DNA of 64,000 nucleotides from Pelagibacterales bacterium SAG-MED41 (GTDB lineage: Bacteria; Pseudomonadota; Alphaproteobacteria; Pelagibacterales; Pelagibacteraceae): NCBI GenBank assembly GCA_014653545.1, contig JACWEJ010000001.1:36014-100013 (forward strand). Direction: 5' to 3'. A program made the translations under genes and the position numbers. The notes beneath the pieces are model-generated. The model saw nothing but the letters and a program-made list of their open reading frames with translations. It did not search any database and was not told the DNA's origin. Below, piece after piece: positions 11,921 to 22,223 of the stretch; position 1 is the first letter of the stretch, and the number at the start of each line of letters is the position of its first letter.

Positions 11921-12369
11921 TGAGACATGGAATAGGTTATAGGAAATTGAATAAAACCGGGGAGCATCGTAAAGCTTTATTTAAGAATATGTTAAATTCT
12001 CTTATTAAGTACGAGCAAATTATAACAACTTTACCCAAAGCTAAAGAACTTAAGCCTCAGATTGACAAAGTTATAACTATTGGTAAAAAAAATATATTGA
12101 GTAATAAAAAAAGATTATTTTCAAAACTACAGGATAAAAAATCTGTAACTAAAGTATTTGATGAACTATCTAAAAGATACAGCTCTAGAAAAGGAGGATA
12201 TTCTAGGGTTTTGAAAGCGGGATTTAGAACAGGAGATGACGCACCTATGGCAGTTATCGAACTGGTTGATAGAAACCCTGAGGCAAAAAAAGTTGATAAA
12301 CCTAAAAAAGTAGAGACAAAAAATAAATCTAAAGAAACTGAAGCAGAACCTAAAGTAGCAAGTAAATAA
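11920..12369 (+). CDS. rplQ: 50S ribosomal protein L17
   Basis: [32 protein letters not shown]. Confidence 0.99.
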   Translation: MRHGIGYRKLNKTGEHRKALFKNMLNSLIKYEQIITTLPKAKELKPQIDKVITIGKKNILSNKKRLFSKLQDKKSVTKVFDELSKRYSSRKGGYSRVLKAGFRTGDDAPMAVIELVDRNPEAKKVDKPKKVETKNKSKETEAEPKVASK

Positions 12370-12380
12370 TTAGAGCTTTA

Positions 12381-13280
12381 ATGTCCAAATCCTATACCGT
12401 GGTAGACGATTATCAAGACTCTCGATTAGACAGATGGTTTAAACAAAATGTAATTAATTTACCTCATTCACTAATAGAAAAAATTATCAGACAAAATAAA
12501 ATAAAAGTAAATAACAAAAAAACAAAATCATCTTACAGAGTACAATCAGGAGATTTAATAGAAATTTATGATATCTCAAAATTAAAACCGATAAATAAAG
12601 AAAAAAAAATAAAATATAAACCCAAAAAAAGCGAGCTGGGCGCATATGATGATTATGTGATAGAGAACAACGAAAACTTTATAATAATAAATAAACCCTC
12701 AGGTGTTCCCGTGCAATCTGGAACAAAATCTTTTAGAAATATAATTGATATTATTAAGAATACTAAATATTTTGAAAACTCAAAACCCTTTATAGTCCAT
12801 AGAATTGATAAAGAAACATCTGGAATATTCATAATAGCTAAAAATAGAAAATTTGCTCAATTATTTACCTCGCTTTTTAGGATTAGAAAAATCCACAAAA
12901 CTTATCTAGCCTTAGTTTATGGTAAAGTAAATAATTCAGTGAAAACAATGAGAGATGAATTAGTTTATTATGAAAGCAATAAAAAGATTACTCAAAAAGC
13001 AATTTCACATTTGAAAATAATAAAATCAAACGAAGGTTATTCATTTATAGAATTAAACCCTATAACTGGTAGAAAACATCAATTAAGAAAACAACTTCTA
13101 AATATTGGAAATCCTATTATCGGCGATGATAAATACTTTTTAAATGATAGAAAAAGAATAAAAACAAAGAGTCTTATGTTACACGCTTATAAAATAAAAT
13201 TTATGATAAATAATGTTCAATATAATTTTAAAGCCAAATACAACGAAACTTTCGAGAATTTTTTAAATAAAAATTTTTAA
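12381..13280 (+). CDS. RluA-family pseudouridine synthase with S4 domain (RluC-like)
   Basis: RLDRWF S4 start, NKPSG, catalytic HRIDKETSG, TGRKHQLR. Confidence 0.92.
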   Translation: MSKSYTVVDDYQDSRLDRWFKQNVINLPHSLIEKIIRQNKIKVNNKKTKSSYRVQSGDLIEIYDISKLKPINKEKKIKYKPKKSELGAYDDYVIENNENFIIINKPSGVPVQSGTKSFRNIIDIIKNTKYFENSKPFIVHRIDKETSGIFIIAKNRKFAQLFTSLFRIRKIHKTYLALVYGKVNNSVKTMRDELVYYESNKKITQKAISHLKIIKSNEGYSFIELNPITGRKHQLRKQLLNIGNPIIGDDKYFLNDRKRIKTKSLMLHAYKIKFMINNVQYNFKAKYNETFENFLNKNF

Positions 13281-13888
13281 ATATTATTAATATTTTTTAT
13301 AAAAATATTTGCTAATTTCTTTTCATAATTAATTGGATTTAAATTTTTTTCATTTTTTATTGATGTCACTTTTTTGTTATCTAATCCACACGGAATTATT
13401 TTAGAATATTCATTTAAATCATTTGATATATTTATAGAACACCCATGAAAAGCAATCCATCTTGAAACCCTCAGACCAATGGCAGCGATTTTTTTACTGT
13501 TAACCCATATACCAATATTTTTTTTATCTTTTTTTGCATTAATCTTATAAATTTTTAAAAATTGTATGATACTTTTTTCAATAGCATCTATTAATTTTCT
13601 TATATCTTTTTTTCTTTTATTTAAATTAATAACAAAATAAATAATTTTTTGGTTTGGATTATGTAGGGTAATTTTACCCCCTCTATTAGTTTTAATAATT
13701 TTGATTCTTTTGTCTATTATATCCTTTTTGTTATAACTAACCCCAGCCGTGAAAGTTGTTGGATGTTCTAAGATCCATATTAATTCTTTTTTTTTTCCTA
13801 ATTTTACTTCATCAACTCTTTTATTCAGAAAAAGCATTGCTTTTTTATAGGGAAATCGTTTACTACTTATTTTAATTTCAATACTCAT
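13277..13888 (-). CDS. lipB: Octanoyltransferase LipB
   Basis: LEHPTTFTAG, RGGKITLH, KIAAIG, IIPCGL. Confidence 0.95.
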   Translation of the reverse strand: MSIEIKISSKRFPYKKAMLFLNKRVDEVKLGKKKELIWILEHPTTFTAGVSYNKKDIIDKRIKIIKTNRGGKITLHNPNQKIIYFVINLNKRKKDIRKLIDAIEKSIIQFLKIYKINAKKDKKNIGIWVNSKKIAAIGLRVSRWIAFHGCSINISNDLNEYSKIIPCGLDNKKVTSIKNEKNLNPINYEKKLANIFIKNINNI

Positions 13889-13948
13889 TTAAATTGAATT
13901 TTATCATTTTATAGACTAATAGTCTCAAAAAAACTTCAGGAGGCACTT

Positions 13949-15328
13949 ATGGCTTTATTAAAATCAACAGGTAGTAAAAAAGTAAATTTAGATTTTAATA
14001 AAGAATTTATTAATACTTTTAGCAATAATATTGAAAATAAAAATATAGATTTTATCAATCAGATGCTGAAAGATTTGCATGAAGCGGATATTGCTAATTT
14101 AATTGAAAATCTAAACCCTGATGCAAGAACAAAATTAATTGAGATTGAATCCTTTAACATTGAACCAGAAATATTTATCGAATTAAACGAGTCAGTTCAA
14201 AGTGAAGTATTGCAACTGTTATCAATAGACTCATTAATCAAAATAATTAAAAGACTAGAGTCAGATAACGCTATTAAAATTCTTGAAAATTTACCTATAA
14301 ATACTAAAGAGCAAGTTTTAGAAAAATTACCACCAAAAGATAAATTTTTACTACAAGAAGGATTAAGTTACCCAGAAGATTCTGCTGCAAGAATTATGCA
14401 GAGAGAATTTACTGCAGTTCCTAGTAATTGGACCGTAGGACAAACTATTGATTATTTAAGAGAGGATAAAGATTTGCCAGAGGAATTTTTAGAAATTTTT
14501 ATTGTAGATAATGATTTCAAGCCTATTGGAACTGTCCCATCTTCAAGAGTATTAAGAACTTCAAGAGACTCAAAGATGAATTCTATAATGTCTGAGATGC
14601 CAGTTCTTATTTCAGTAAATATGGATCAAGAAGAAGTAGGTCATGCATTTGAAAATTATAATTTAGTTTCTGCAGGTGTTGTCAATAAAGAAAATAAACT
14701 TGTTGGGATGATCACAGCAGATGACGTAGTCACAGTTGTTCAAGAAGAAGCCGAAGAAGATACACTAAGATTAGCTGGAGTAGGAGACGAGGAAATAACA
14801 GATAGTGTTATGTTAAAAACAAAACGAAGATTCAATTGGCTATTATTAAATTTATTTACGGCTTTATTAGCAACTTGGGTTATTAGTTTTTTTGGTGCAT
14901 CAATTGAACAAATGGTTGCTTTAGCTTTTCTTATGCCAATAGTGGCTTCAATGGGTGGTAATGCAGGAATGCAAACCCTAGCAGTAACTATAAGATCAAT
15001 AGCAACTAAAGAATTATCAAAAAGTAATTTTAATAGAGTAGTGGGGAAGGAATTTCTTATAGGAATTTTAAATGGAATAATATTTGCAATAATTACTGCG
15101 GTAATTGTGCAATTTTGGTTTAAAGATATCAACCTTTCAATGTTAATTGGGGTATCCATGATTTTAAATATGATTGTGGCTGGACTTTTTGGGATTTTGG
15201 TACCAGTCTCACTTAAAAAATTAAACATTGACCCAGCTTTAGCCTCAAGCGTTTTTGTTACAACAATCACTGATGTAATAGGATTTTTATCTTTTCTAGG
15301 ATTAGGATCCATTTATTTTCTAAATTAA
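13949..15328 (+). CDS. mgtE: Magnesium transporter MgtE
   Basis: MgtE N-domain, CBS pair, MGGNAGMQ, DPALAS..VTTITD; GGAGG SD upstream. Confidence 0.96.
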   Translation: MALLKSTGSKKVNLDFNKEFINTFSNNIENKNIDFINQMLKDLHEADIANLIENLNPDARTKLIEIESFNIEPEIFIELNESVQSEVLQLLSIDSLIKIIKRLESDNAIKILENLPINTKEQVLEKLPPKDKFLLQEGLSYPEDSAARIMQREFTAVPSNWTVGQTIDYLREDKDLPEEFLEIFIVDNDFKPIGTVPSSRVLRTSRDSKMNSIMSEMPVLISVNMDQEEVGHAFENYNLVSAGVVNKENKLVGMITADDVVTVVQEEAEEDTLRLAGVGDEEITDSVMLKTKRRFNWLLLNLFTALLATWVISFFGASIEQMVALAFLMPIVASMGGNAGMQTLAVTIRSIATKELSKSNFNRVVGKEFLIGILNGIIFAIITAVIVQFWFKDINLSMLIGVSMILNMIVAGLFGILVPVSLKKLNIDPALASSVFVTTITDVIGFLSFLGLGSIYFLN

Positions 15329-16140
15329 ATATTATCTATTAGCCTAACTTTATTTAAGTAATAAGCTATGAATACATTAAAGTTCTCACTTGATTTTTTC
15401 GGTTTTTCTAAAGTTTTTTGATTAATAATTTCTAAATAATCTATTTTATTTACACCTATTTTAATTAAATCTTTTTTAAATAAAGTAGAATCAAATAATT
15501 TTAAATTTTTCTTTGTTTTTTTTTTTATTTTGATTAGGTAATTAAAAACATCTTTAGCTATTTTCATTTGATTTTTATTTAGGTTGAAATTTCTACTCGA
15601 ACAAGCTACACCACTAGGCTCTCGCACAGTTTTACAACTAGTAATTTTAGTAACAATTTTATTTTTTAAAATATGTTTTTGAATTAAAATGAGTTGCTGA
15701 AAGTCTTTGAGACCTAGAAATAAATATTTAGGACGAACAATCTCTAAAAACCTATTAACTACATCTAATACTCCTTTGAAATGACCTTTTCTATATTTTC
15801 CACATAATTTTTTTGCAAATTTATGCAAATAAACTCTATGAAAAGGTTTAAATTTGAATAAATCTTTATATGTAGGGAGATATAAATAATTTACTTTGAG
15901 TTTTTTTAAAATTTTTAAATCTTTCACTAAATTACGAGGGTATTTTTTATAATCTTCCTTTTTATTAAATTGTTTTGGATTAACATAAATTGAAACTAAA
16001 GTTTCATTTGTGTACTTTTTGGCAGTTTTTATTAAAGATATATGTCCCTTATGTAAACCACCCATTGTAGGAACAAAAGAAATTGACTTTTTATTACCAA
16101 TTTCGCGTCTCAACTGATCTTTGTTTTTAAATATTTTCAT
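15325..16140 (-). CDS. panC: Pantoate-beta-alanine ligase
   Basis: VPTMGGLHKGH, VNPKQF, GHFKGV, SSRN, RLIDNI. Confidence 0.96.
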   Translation of the reverse strand: MKIFKNKDQLRREIGNKKSISFVPTMGGLHKGHISLIKTAKKYTNETLVSIYVNPKQFNKKEDYKKYPRNLVKDLKILKKLKVNYLYLPTYKDLFKFKPFHRVYLHKFAKKLCGKYRKGHFKGVLDVVNRFLEIVRPKYLFLGLKDFQQLILIQKHILKNKIVTKITSCKTVREPSGVACSSRNFNLNKNQMKIAKDVFNYLIKIKKKTKKNLKLFDSTLFKKDLIKIGVNKIDYLEIINQKTLEKPKKSSENFNVFIAYYLNKVRLIDNI

Positions 16141-16178
16141 TTATAAACTTCAATGATATCAACTATTATAAGAATCAT

Positions 16179-16997
16179 ATGATAAAACAAGCAATTATTC
16201 CTTTAGCAGGACTTGGTACAAGATTGTTACCTTTAACAAGTGTTATGCCAAAAGAGCTACTACCAATAAATGGTAAACCAAATCTTGAGTATATTTTGGA
16301 AGAGTGTTTAGAGGCAGGTATTAAAGAATTTATTTTTATTATTTCAAAAAATAAATCAAGTATAAAAAAATACTTTTTTAATGATGTATTTTATAAAAAA
16401 ATAATCAAAAAGAAAAATGATAAAAGAATAATTGAGGAATTTAAGAAAATTAAAAAGTATCAAAAAATGATTAAATTTGTTTATCAAAACAATCCTAAAG
16501 GTACAGGTGATGCTGTTTTAAAATGTAGAAAATATATTAAAGATAAATTCTTTTTAATGCTTCTGCCTGATGATCTAATAATAAATAAAAATTGTTCTAA
16601 AGAAATGATCAGGTTACATAAAAGGACGAAAGGTTCAATAATTGCCACGAAGCGTGTAGATAAGAAAACCGTATCTAGATGGGGTATTTTAGCTTTTGCA
16701 GAGAAGAGAAAAAATTATTTTAGAATAAAAAATGTTATTGAGAAACCAAGCATCAAACAAGCTCCATCAAATTACGCAATAATAGGCAGGTATATTTTAC
16801 CATCAAAGATATTTTTTGAAATTACAAAGTTAAAACCAGGGCAAGGTAAAGAAATTCATATTACAGATGCTATTAAAAACTTAATTTATAAAGGTGAAAA
16901 ATTTTTTGGTAATATTTTTATGGGAAAATATTTAGATTGCGGTACAATCGACGGCTATATTCAATCAGGTATCAAAATATTCAAGGGACGAAAATGA
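16179..16997 (+). CDS. galU: UTP-glucose-1-phosphate uridylyltransferase
   Basis: PLAGLGTRLLP...PKELLP, LPDD, EKP, GRYIL. Confidence 0.9.
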   Translation: MIKQAIIPLAGLGTRLLPLTSVMPKELLPINGKPNLEYILEECLEAGIKEFIFIISKNKSSIKKYFFNDVFYKKIIKKKNDKRIIEEFKKIKKYQKMIKFVYQNNPKGTGDAVLKCRKYIKDKFFLMLLPDDLIINKNCSKEMIRLHKRTKGSIIATKRVDKKTVSRWGILAFAEKRKNYFRIKNVIEKPSIKQAPSNYAIIGRYILPSKIFFEITKLKPGQGKEIHITDAIKNLIYKGEKFFGNIFMGKYLDCGTIDGYIQSGIKIFKGRK

Positions 16998-18298
16998 AAT
17001 TATGTATGATAGGTACTGGTTATGTCGGTTTAGTAAGTGGTACTTGTTTTGCTGATATTGGAAATCAAGTTTATTGTGTAGACAAAGATAAAAATAAAAT
17101 TGATAAACTTAATTCAGGTATATCTCCAATTTATGAACCAGGTTTAGATGAATTAATAAAAAAAAACTATAATGCTAATCGTTTAATTTTTACAACAGAT
17201 ATAAAGAAAGCGATCAATTCCTCCGATTTAATATTTATCTGTGTGGGCACCCCTACAAAGAAAGGATCATTAAAAGTTGATTTATCTTTTGTTTACAAGT
17301 GTTCAAAAGAAATATTAAAACACTCAACGAAAAAAAAAATAATCATAACCAAATCTACAGTACCAGTAGGAACCGGCGATGAAATTGAAAAAATTTTTAA
17401 AAAAAAGAAAAAATTATTTAACGTTATCTCAAATCCCGAATTCTTAAGAGAAGGCGAGGCTATTAGAGATTTTAGATATCCAGATCGTATAGTCATAGGA
17501 TCTGATAATAAAAATAAATTTAAAACGATGAGAAAATTATACTCTCCTTTGATCAGCAAAGGAGCGAAATTTTTTACAACATCAAGAAAAGGAGCTGAAT
17601 TAATCAAATATGCATCAAATGCTTTTCTAGCAACAAAAATTACTTTTATAAATGAACTTGCAAATTTATGTGAAAAAACCAATATTAATGTTGAAGATAT
17701 ATCTTTAGGAATAGGTTCTGATACTAGAATCGGCAGCAGATTTTTGCGTGCAGGTCCTGCTTACGGCGGTTCTTGTTTTCCAAAGGATACAAAAGGTTTA
17801 GTTTCAGCAGCTGAAAAATATAAAACAAATTTATCAATCGTTAAATCTGTAATTAACTCAAATCATAGAAGAGTAAGTTTATTAACTAAACGTGTTCATC
17901 AAATTTTAGGTAAGAATTTAAAAAATAAGAAAATTAGCATTTTAGGTGTTACTTTTAAACCAAATACAGATGATATGAGAGACTCGACCAGTTTAAAAAT
18001 GATTCCTTATTATTGTAAAAATGGAGCAAAGGTTTCCTATTATGATCCTTCTGGAGAAAAAAAAGAATTTAAACAGATTAAAAACTGTACATATAAAAAA
18101 AATATTAAAGAAAATTGTGTTGATGCAGATCTTATTATACTTCTTACTGAATGGGATGAATTTAAATCTATTGACTTTAAGAAAATTAATAAAAAAAAGA
18201 ATTTAAAGATTTTTGATTTAAGAAATTTATATGCTCCTGAAGAGATGAAAAAAAATAAACTTCAGTATTATTCAGTTGGCAGACCTAATTTAAATTAA
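16994..18298 (+). CDS. ugd: UDP-glucose 6-dehydrogenase
   Basis: GTGYVG, NPEFLREG, GGSCFPKD, FKPNTDDMR; start set to ATG 16994 (ATGA overlap). Confidence 0.95.
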   Translation: MKLCMIGTGYVGLVSGTCFADIGNQVYCVDKDKNKIDKLNSGISPIYEPGLDELIKKNYNANRLIFTTDIKKAINSSDLIFICVGTPTKKGSLKVDLSFVYKCSKEILKHSTKKKIIITKSTVPVGTGDEIEKIFKKKKKLFNVISNPEFLREGEAIRDFRYPDRIVIGSDNKNKFKTMRKLYSPLISKGAKFFTTSRKGAELIKYASNAFLATKITFINELANLCEKTNINVEDISLGIGSDTRIGSRFLRAGPAYGGSCFPKDTKGLVSAAEKYKTNLSIVKSVINSNHRRVSLLTKRVHQILGKNLKNKKISILGVTFKPNTDDMRDSTSLKMIPYYCKNGAKVSYYDPSGEKKEFKQIKNCTYKKNIKENCVDADLIILLTEWDEFKSIDFKKINKKKNLKIFDLRNLYAPEEMKKNKLQYYSVGRPNLN

Positions 18299-18755
18299 TT
18301 TCAAATATTCCATCTATTTCAACAGCCACTCCAAGAGGAAGACTATTTACACTCACAGCTGCTCTTGTGTGATCACCAATCTTACCTAATATTTTTGCAA
18401 TAATATCTGATGCACCGTTGATAACTTTAGGTTGATCTTTAAATTCATCTGTTGAATTAACGTAGCCAGTTAATTTTATACATGCTTTTATATTACTTAA
18501 ATCACCATTACAGGCTTTTTTGGCATGCGCAAGAAGGCTCAAACCACATCTTTTAGCAGCACTATAACCTTGATCAAGCGTCAAATCTTTTCCCACTTTA
18601 CCTTTTATAAGTTTTGTATTTTGATCGATTGAAATTTGCCCAGAAATAAAAAGTAAGTTACCGACAATTTTTGTGGCCACGTAAGCTCCAACTGGAGCTT
18701 TTGGTTCCGGTAATTTAATATTTAATTCTTTAAGCTTACTCTCTATTAAACTCAT
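18285..18755 (-). CDS. RidA/YjgF/UK114 family protein
   Basis: PVGAYV, ISGQI, VINGASD, HTRAAV, LPLGVAVEID. Confidence 0.9.
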   Translation of the reverse strand: MSLIESKLKELNIKLPEPKAPVGAYVATKIVGNLLFISGQISIDQNTKLIKGKVGKDLTLDQGYSAAKRCGLSLLAHAKKACNGDLSNIKACIKLTGYVNSTDEFKDQPKVINGASDIIAKILGKIGDHTRAAVSVNSLPLGVAVEIDGIFEINLN

Positions 18756-18991
18756 TTATTTAACTTTTTCTTGATCCAGTCAGTTAATTTTGAGTCTGTG
18801 TTTAGTTTTTTTAGACCTTTTTCTCCAATTTCCTTGCCTTTTTTAGCACCTTTCTTAGCAATACACTTTGTATATTCTATGGAGTCTTTACCAACTTTTT
18901 TAAATCCTGGTAAATTTTTACAATCAACCTCAGCTGAGACGTCTAGTGTAGTAAAAATGATTAATATTCCAATTATATAAAATTTTTTCAC
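18752..18991 (-). CDS. Small basic secreted hypothetical protein (79 aa)
   Basis: GTG start overlapping topA stop; stop overlapping ridA start; signal peptide MKKFYIIGILIIFTTLDVSA; two Cys. Confidence 0.75.
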   Translation of the reverse strand: MKKFYIIGILIIFTTLDVSAEVDCKNLPGFKKVGKDSIEYTKCIAKKGAKKGKEIGEKGLKKLNTDSKLTDWIKKKLNK

Positions 18992-21564
18992 TTATTTTTT
19001 CTTTTTTTTCCTTTCTTTAATTTATCATATTCTCGTCTTTTCTCTATTAATATTAAAGCTTCTTCCATCGTTAGTTCTGAAGGATCTTTTTCCTCTGGTA
19101 TTGTCGCATTAAGAGATTTATATTTAATGTACGGTCCATATTGACCTTTCATTATTCTTACTGGTTTTTTATCTTCAGGATGTTCACCTAAATCTTTTAT
19201 TAATGATGATGAAATTCTTCCAGGTTTAGCATCTGCAATTAGAGTAATTGCTCTGTTAAGACCAATTGAAAAAAGATCTTCAACATTTTCAAGTCTAGCT
19301 GATTTATTTTCACATTTCAAATAAGGACCAAACCTCCCTGAATTTAAAGTGATTTCTTTTCCACTTTCAGGATGATGCCCTAAAACTTTAGGCAAAGAGC
19401 AAAGAAATTTAGCTTTATCTAAATCTACACTATCAACTTCAATACCCTTAGGTATTGAAACATTTTTTAAATGATCATTTTCATCTTTTTTCTTTTTTCT
19501 TTTTTTCTTTTTAGGTTCTAATTTCTCTTTTTCTTTTTCATATTGCAGATAGGGACCAAATCGTCCGTTTTTTAAATAAATATCTTTCCCATTTAAATTT
19601 TGACCAAGTAATTTCGGCTCTGCTAAATTATATTGAGCAGCAGCTTTACTTTTTGATAGAGGTCTAGTAAATTTACATTCTGGATAATTTGAACAACCAA
19701 TAAATGCTCCACCTCTAAAACTATTTTTTAAACTTAATTCTCCATTGGAACATAATTTGCATTTTCTATCTATTCCATCTTTTTCATCACGATCAAATAT
19801 TAAAGCTCCTAGACTTTCATTAAGTAGATCTAAAACTTCTCTAGTTCTTTTTTCTTTAACTTCTCCAACATTTTGATAAAAATCTTTCCAAAAATTATTA
19901 AGAACTTCTACCCATTCAATTTTACCACTAGTTATTTCATCTAGTTGATTTTCAAGATCTGCAGTAAAGTTATAATCAACATATTTTGAGAATAACTTTT
20001 CAAGAAATGCTGAGATTAGCTTACCTCTATCAGTTGGATGAAATCGCTTATTCATCAGTTCGACATAATTTCTAGTAGATAAAACCGTTATAATGCTTGC
20101 GTAAGTTGACGGTCTACCTATACCTAATTCTTCCATTTTTTTTACCAAACTTGCCTCTGAAAAACGAGGAGGTGGATCCGTAAAATGCTGTTCATCAACG
20201 AGTTTTAATATACTTATTTCTTCGCCTTTATTAACCTCTGGTAATATATTTTTTGTGTCCTCATCTGTTTCTTGTGACTGATAAACTTTTAAAAATCCAT
20301 CAAACTTAATTATTGAACCACTCGCTCTGAAATTAATTTTGTCATTCTCTGATGAAATAATTATTGTGTTACGATCAAATTCAGCTGGAGTCATTTGAGA
20401 TGAGAGTGCTCTAGACCAAATTAATTCGTAAAGTTTAAATTGATCGGCATTGACATACTTTTTAATTTCGGATGGTTTTCTTGAAATATTAGTAGGTCTT
20501 ATAGCTTCGTGTGCTTCCTGAGCATTTTTAGCTTTCTTTCCACTATAATTATTTGCATTTTCTGGTAAATATTTTTGACCATAATCATCAATTATAGATT
20601 TTCTAAAGTCATCAATAGCTTCTTTTGAAATATTTGTTCCATCTGTTCTCATGTAAGTAATTAAACCTGTAGTCTCTCCCTCGATATCTATACCTTGATA
20701 TAATCTTTGAGCGATTTGCATAGTACGTGAAGCACCAAATCCAAATCTGCCTGATGCAGTTTGTTGTAAAGTTGATGTAGTAAAAGGGGCCAATGGATTT
20801 CTTCTAAATACTTTTGAATTTACATCCGAAATCGTAAATTTAGATTTGTTTATAATATCTATTGCTTTATGAATTTCTTCTCTATTTTTAAATGTAAATC
20901 TCTCAACTTTATCTCCATTAAATAAACTTAATTTTGAGATAATATTTTTATTGTCTTTATTTGTAAAATTTGATGCAAGAGTCCAATACTCTTCAGGATT
21001 AAAAAGTTCTATTTCCTTTTCCCTCTCTGTAATTAATTTTAAGGCCACAGATTGCACTCTACCAGCAGACTTTGAGCCAGGTAATTTAGTCCATAAAATT
21101 GGAGAAATATTAAATCCAACAAGATAATCTAGAGCACGCCTTGCCAAATATGCCTCTACTAATGGAAGATGAATTTTTCTTGGATTTTTAATTGCATCTA
21201 AAATTGCTTTTTTTGTAATCTCATTAAAAACAACTCTCTCTAAATGTTTATCTTTTAATAATTTCTTTTTTTCAAGAACTTCTTTCACGTGCCAAGCAAT
21301 AGCTTCTCCCTCACGGTCTGGATCAGTAGCAAGTATAATTTTTTTAGAATCTTCAGCTGCATCAGTAATTTCTTTAAGATACTTTTTTGAAAATGAGTCT
21401 ATCTCCCACAGCATTTCAAATTTTTTTTCAGGATCTACAGAACCATTTTTAGATGGAAGATCTCTTATGTGTCCATAACTAGCTAAAACTAAATAATCTT
21501 TACCAAGATATTTATTTATTGTTTTTGCTTTCGCAGGACTTTCAACAATTACTAAATTTATCAT
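18988..21564 (-). CDS. topA: DNA topoisomerase I
   Basis: IVESPAKAKTI, ATDPDREGEAI, SAGRVQS, ITYMRTD; one Zn ribbon plus C-terminal GRFGPY repeats. Confidence 0.99.
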   Translation of the reverse strand: MINLVIVESPAKAKTINKYLGKDYLVLASYGHIRDLPSKNGSVDPEKKFEMLWEIDSFSKKYLKEITDAAEDSKKIILATDPDREGEAIAWHVKEVLEKKKLLKDKHLERVVFNEITKKAILDAIKNPRKIHLPLVEAYLARRALDYLVGFNISPILWTKLPGSKSAGRVQSVALKLITEREKEIELFNPEEYWTLASNFTNKDNKNIISKLSLFNGDKVERFTFKNREEIHKAIDIINKSKFTISDVNSKVFRRNPLAPFTTSTLQQTASGRFGFGASRTMQIAQRLYQGIDIEGETTGLITYMRTDGTNISKEAIDDFRKSIIDDYGQKYLPENANNYSGKKAKNAQEAHEAIRPTNISRKPSEIKKYVNADQFKLYELIWSRALSSQMTPAEFDRNTIIISSENDKINFRASGSIIKFDGFLKVYQSQETDEDTKNILPEVNKGEEISILKLVDEQHFTDPPPRFSEASLVKKMEELGIGRPSTYASIITVLSTRNYVELMNKRFHPTDRGKLISAFLEKLFSKYVDYNFTADLENQLDEITSGKIEWVEVLNNFWKDFYQNVGEVKEKRTREVLDLLNESLGALIFDRDEKDGIDRKCKLCSNGELSLKNSFRGGAFIGCSNYPECKFTRPLSKSKAAAQYNLAEPKLLGQNLNGKDIYLKNGRFGPYLQYEKEKEKLEPKKKKRKKKKDENDHLKNVSIPKGIEVDSVDLDKAKFLCSLPKVLGHHPESGKEITLNSGRFGPYLKCENKSARLENVEDLFSIGLNRAITLIADAKPGRISSSLIKDLGEHPEDKKPVRIMKGQYGPYIKYKSLNATIPEEKDPSELTMEEALILIEKRREYDKLKKGKKRKNK

Positions 21565-21635
21565 CTTATTTTATTTTCAAATAAAATAGACTTTGTCAAT
21601 TTTTATATTTTAAATGTCATATAGAAAGGGTTAAT

Positions 21636-22223
21636 TTAACGTCTAAAATTTATCTTACTCTCATTAGAATTCTTAAGTCTAATTATATTATCTTTGTGGG
21701 TATAAATAATAATTATAAAAATAATAAATAAAAGATATGTTTGAATTTCATTACCAATGAATATTGAATAAATCCAAACAGACATTGATCCAATTATAGA
21801 TGATAAAGATGAGTATCGAAAAATAATAGCAACAAGTAACCAAGCTAAACCAAAAACAACTCCAAGAGAAAAAGAAATTCCTAAAATAATACCAAGATAA
21901 ACCGCAACACCTTTTCCTCCCTTAAATTTTAACCACAACGGAAAGATATGTCCGATAAAACAAATTAATGCAGATAAATAAATTAATTCACTAAAATATT
22001 TGTGAGCAATGAAAATAGATATATATCCTTTAAGTATATCAAGAATTAAAGTAGCAGCTGCTAAAGATCTTTTTCCAGTTCTTAATACATTTGTAGTTCC
22101 AATATTACCCGAACCAATATTTCTAATATCTTTTCCTAGAAAAAATTTTGTTATTATAAGTCCAAAAGGAATAGATCCTAGTAAGTAAGAATAGATAAAA
22201 ACATATACAATATCTATGTTCAT
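21636..22223 (-). CDS. plsY: Glycerol-3-phosphate acyltransferase PlsY
   Basis: YLLGSIPFG, GSGNIGTTNVLR, FKGGKGVA, HKDNIIRL. Confidence 0.97.
   Translation of the reverse strand: MNIDIVYVFIYSYLLGSIPFGLIITKFFLGKDIRNIGSGNIGTTNVLRTGKRSLAAATLILDILKGYISIFIAHKYFSELIYLSALICFIGHIFPLWLKFKGGKGVAVYLGIILGISFSLGVVFGLAWLLVAIIFRYSSLSSIIGSMSVWIYSIFIGNEIQTYLLFIIFIIIIYTHKDNIIRLKNSNESKINFRR

Noticed and set aside
10431-12369. KKVETK segments in the S11 N-terminus and L17 C-terminus as a repeat element
   Set aside because: Low-complexity Lys/Glu extensions with different codons; not a DNA repeat family
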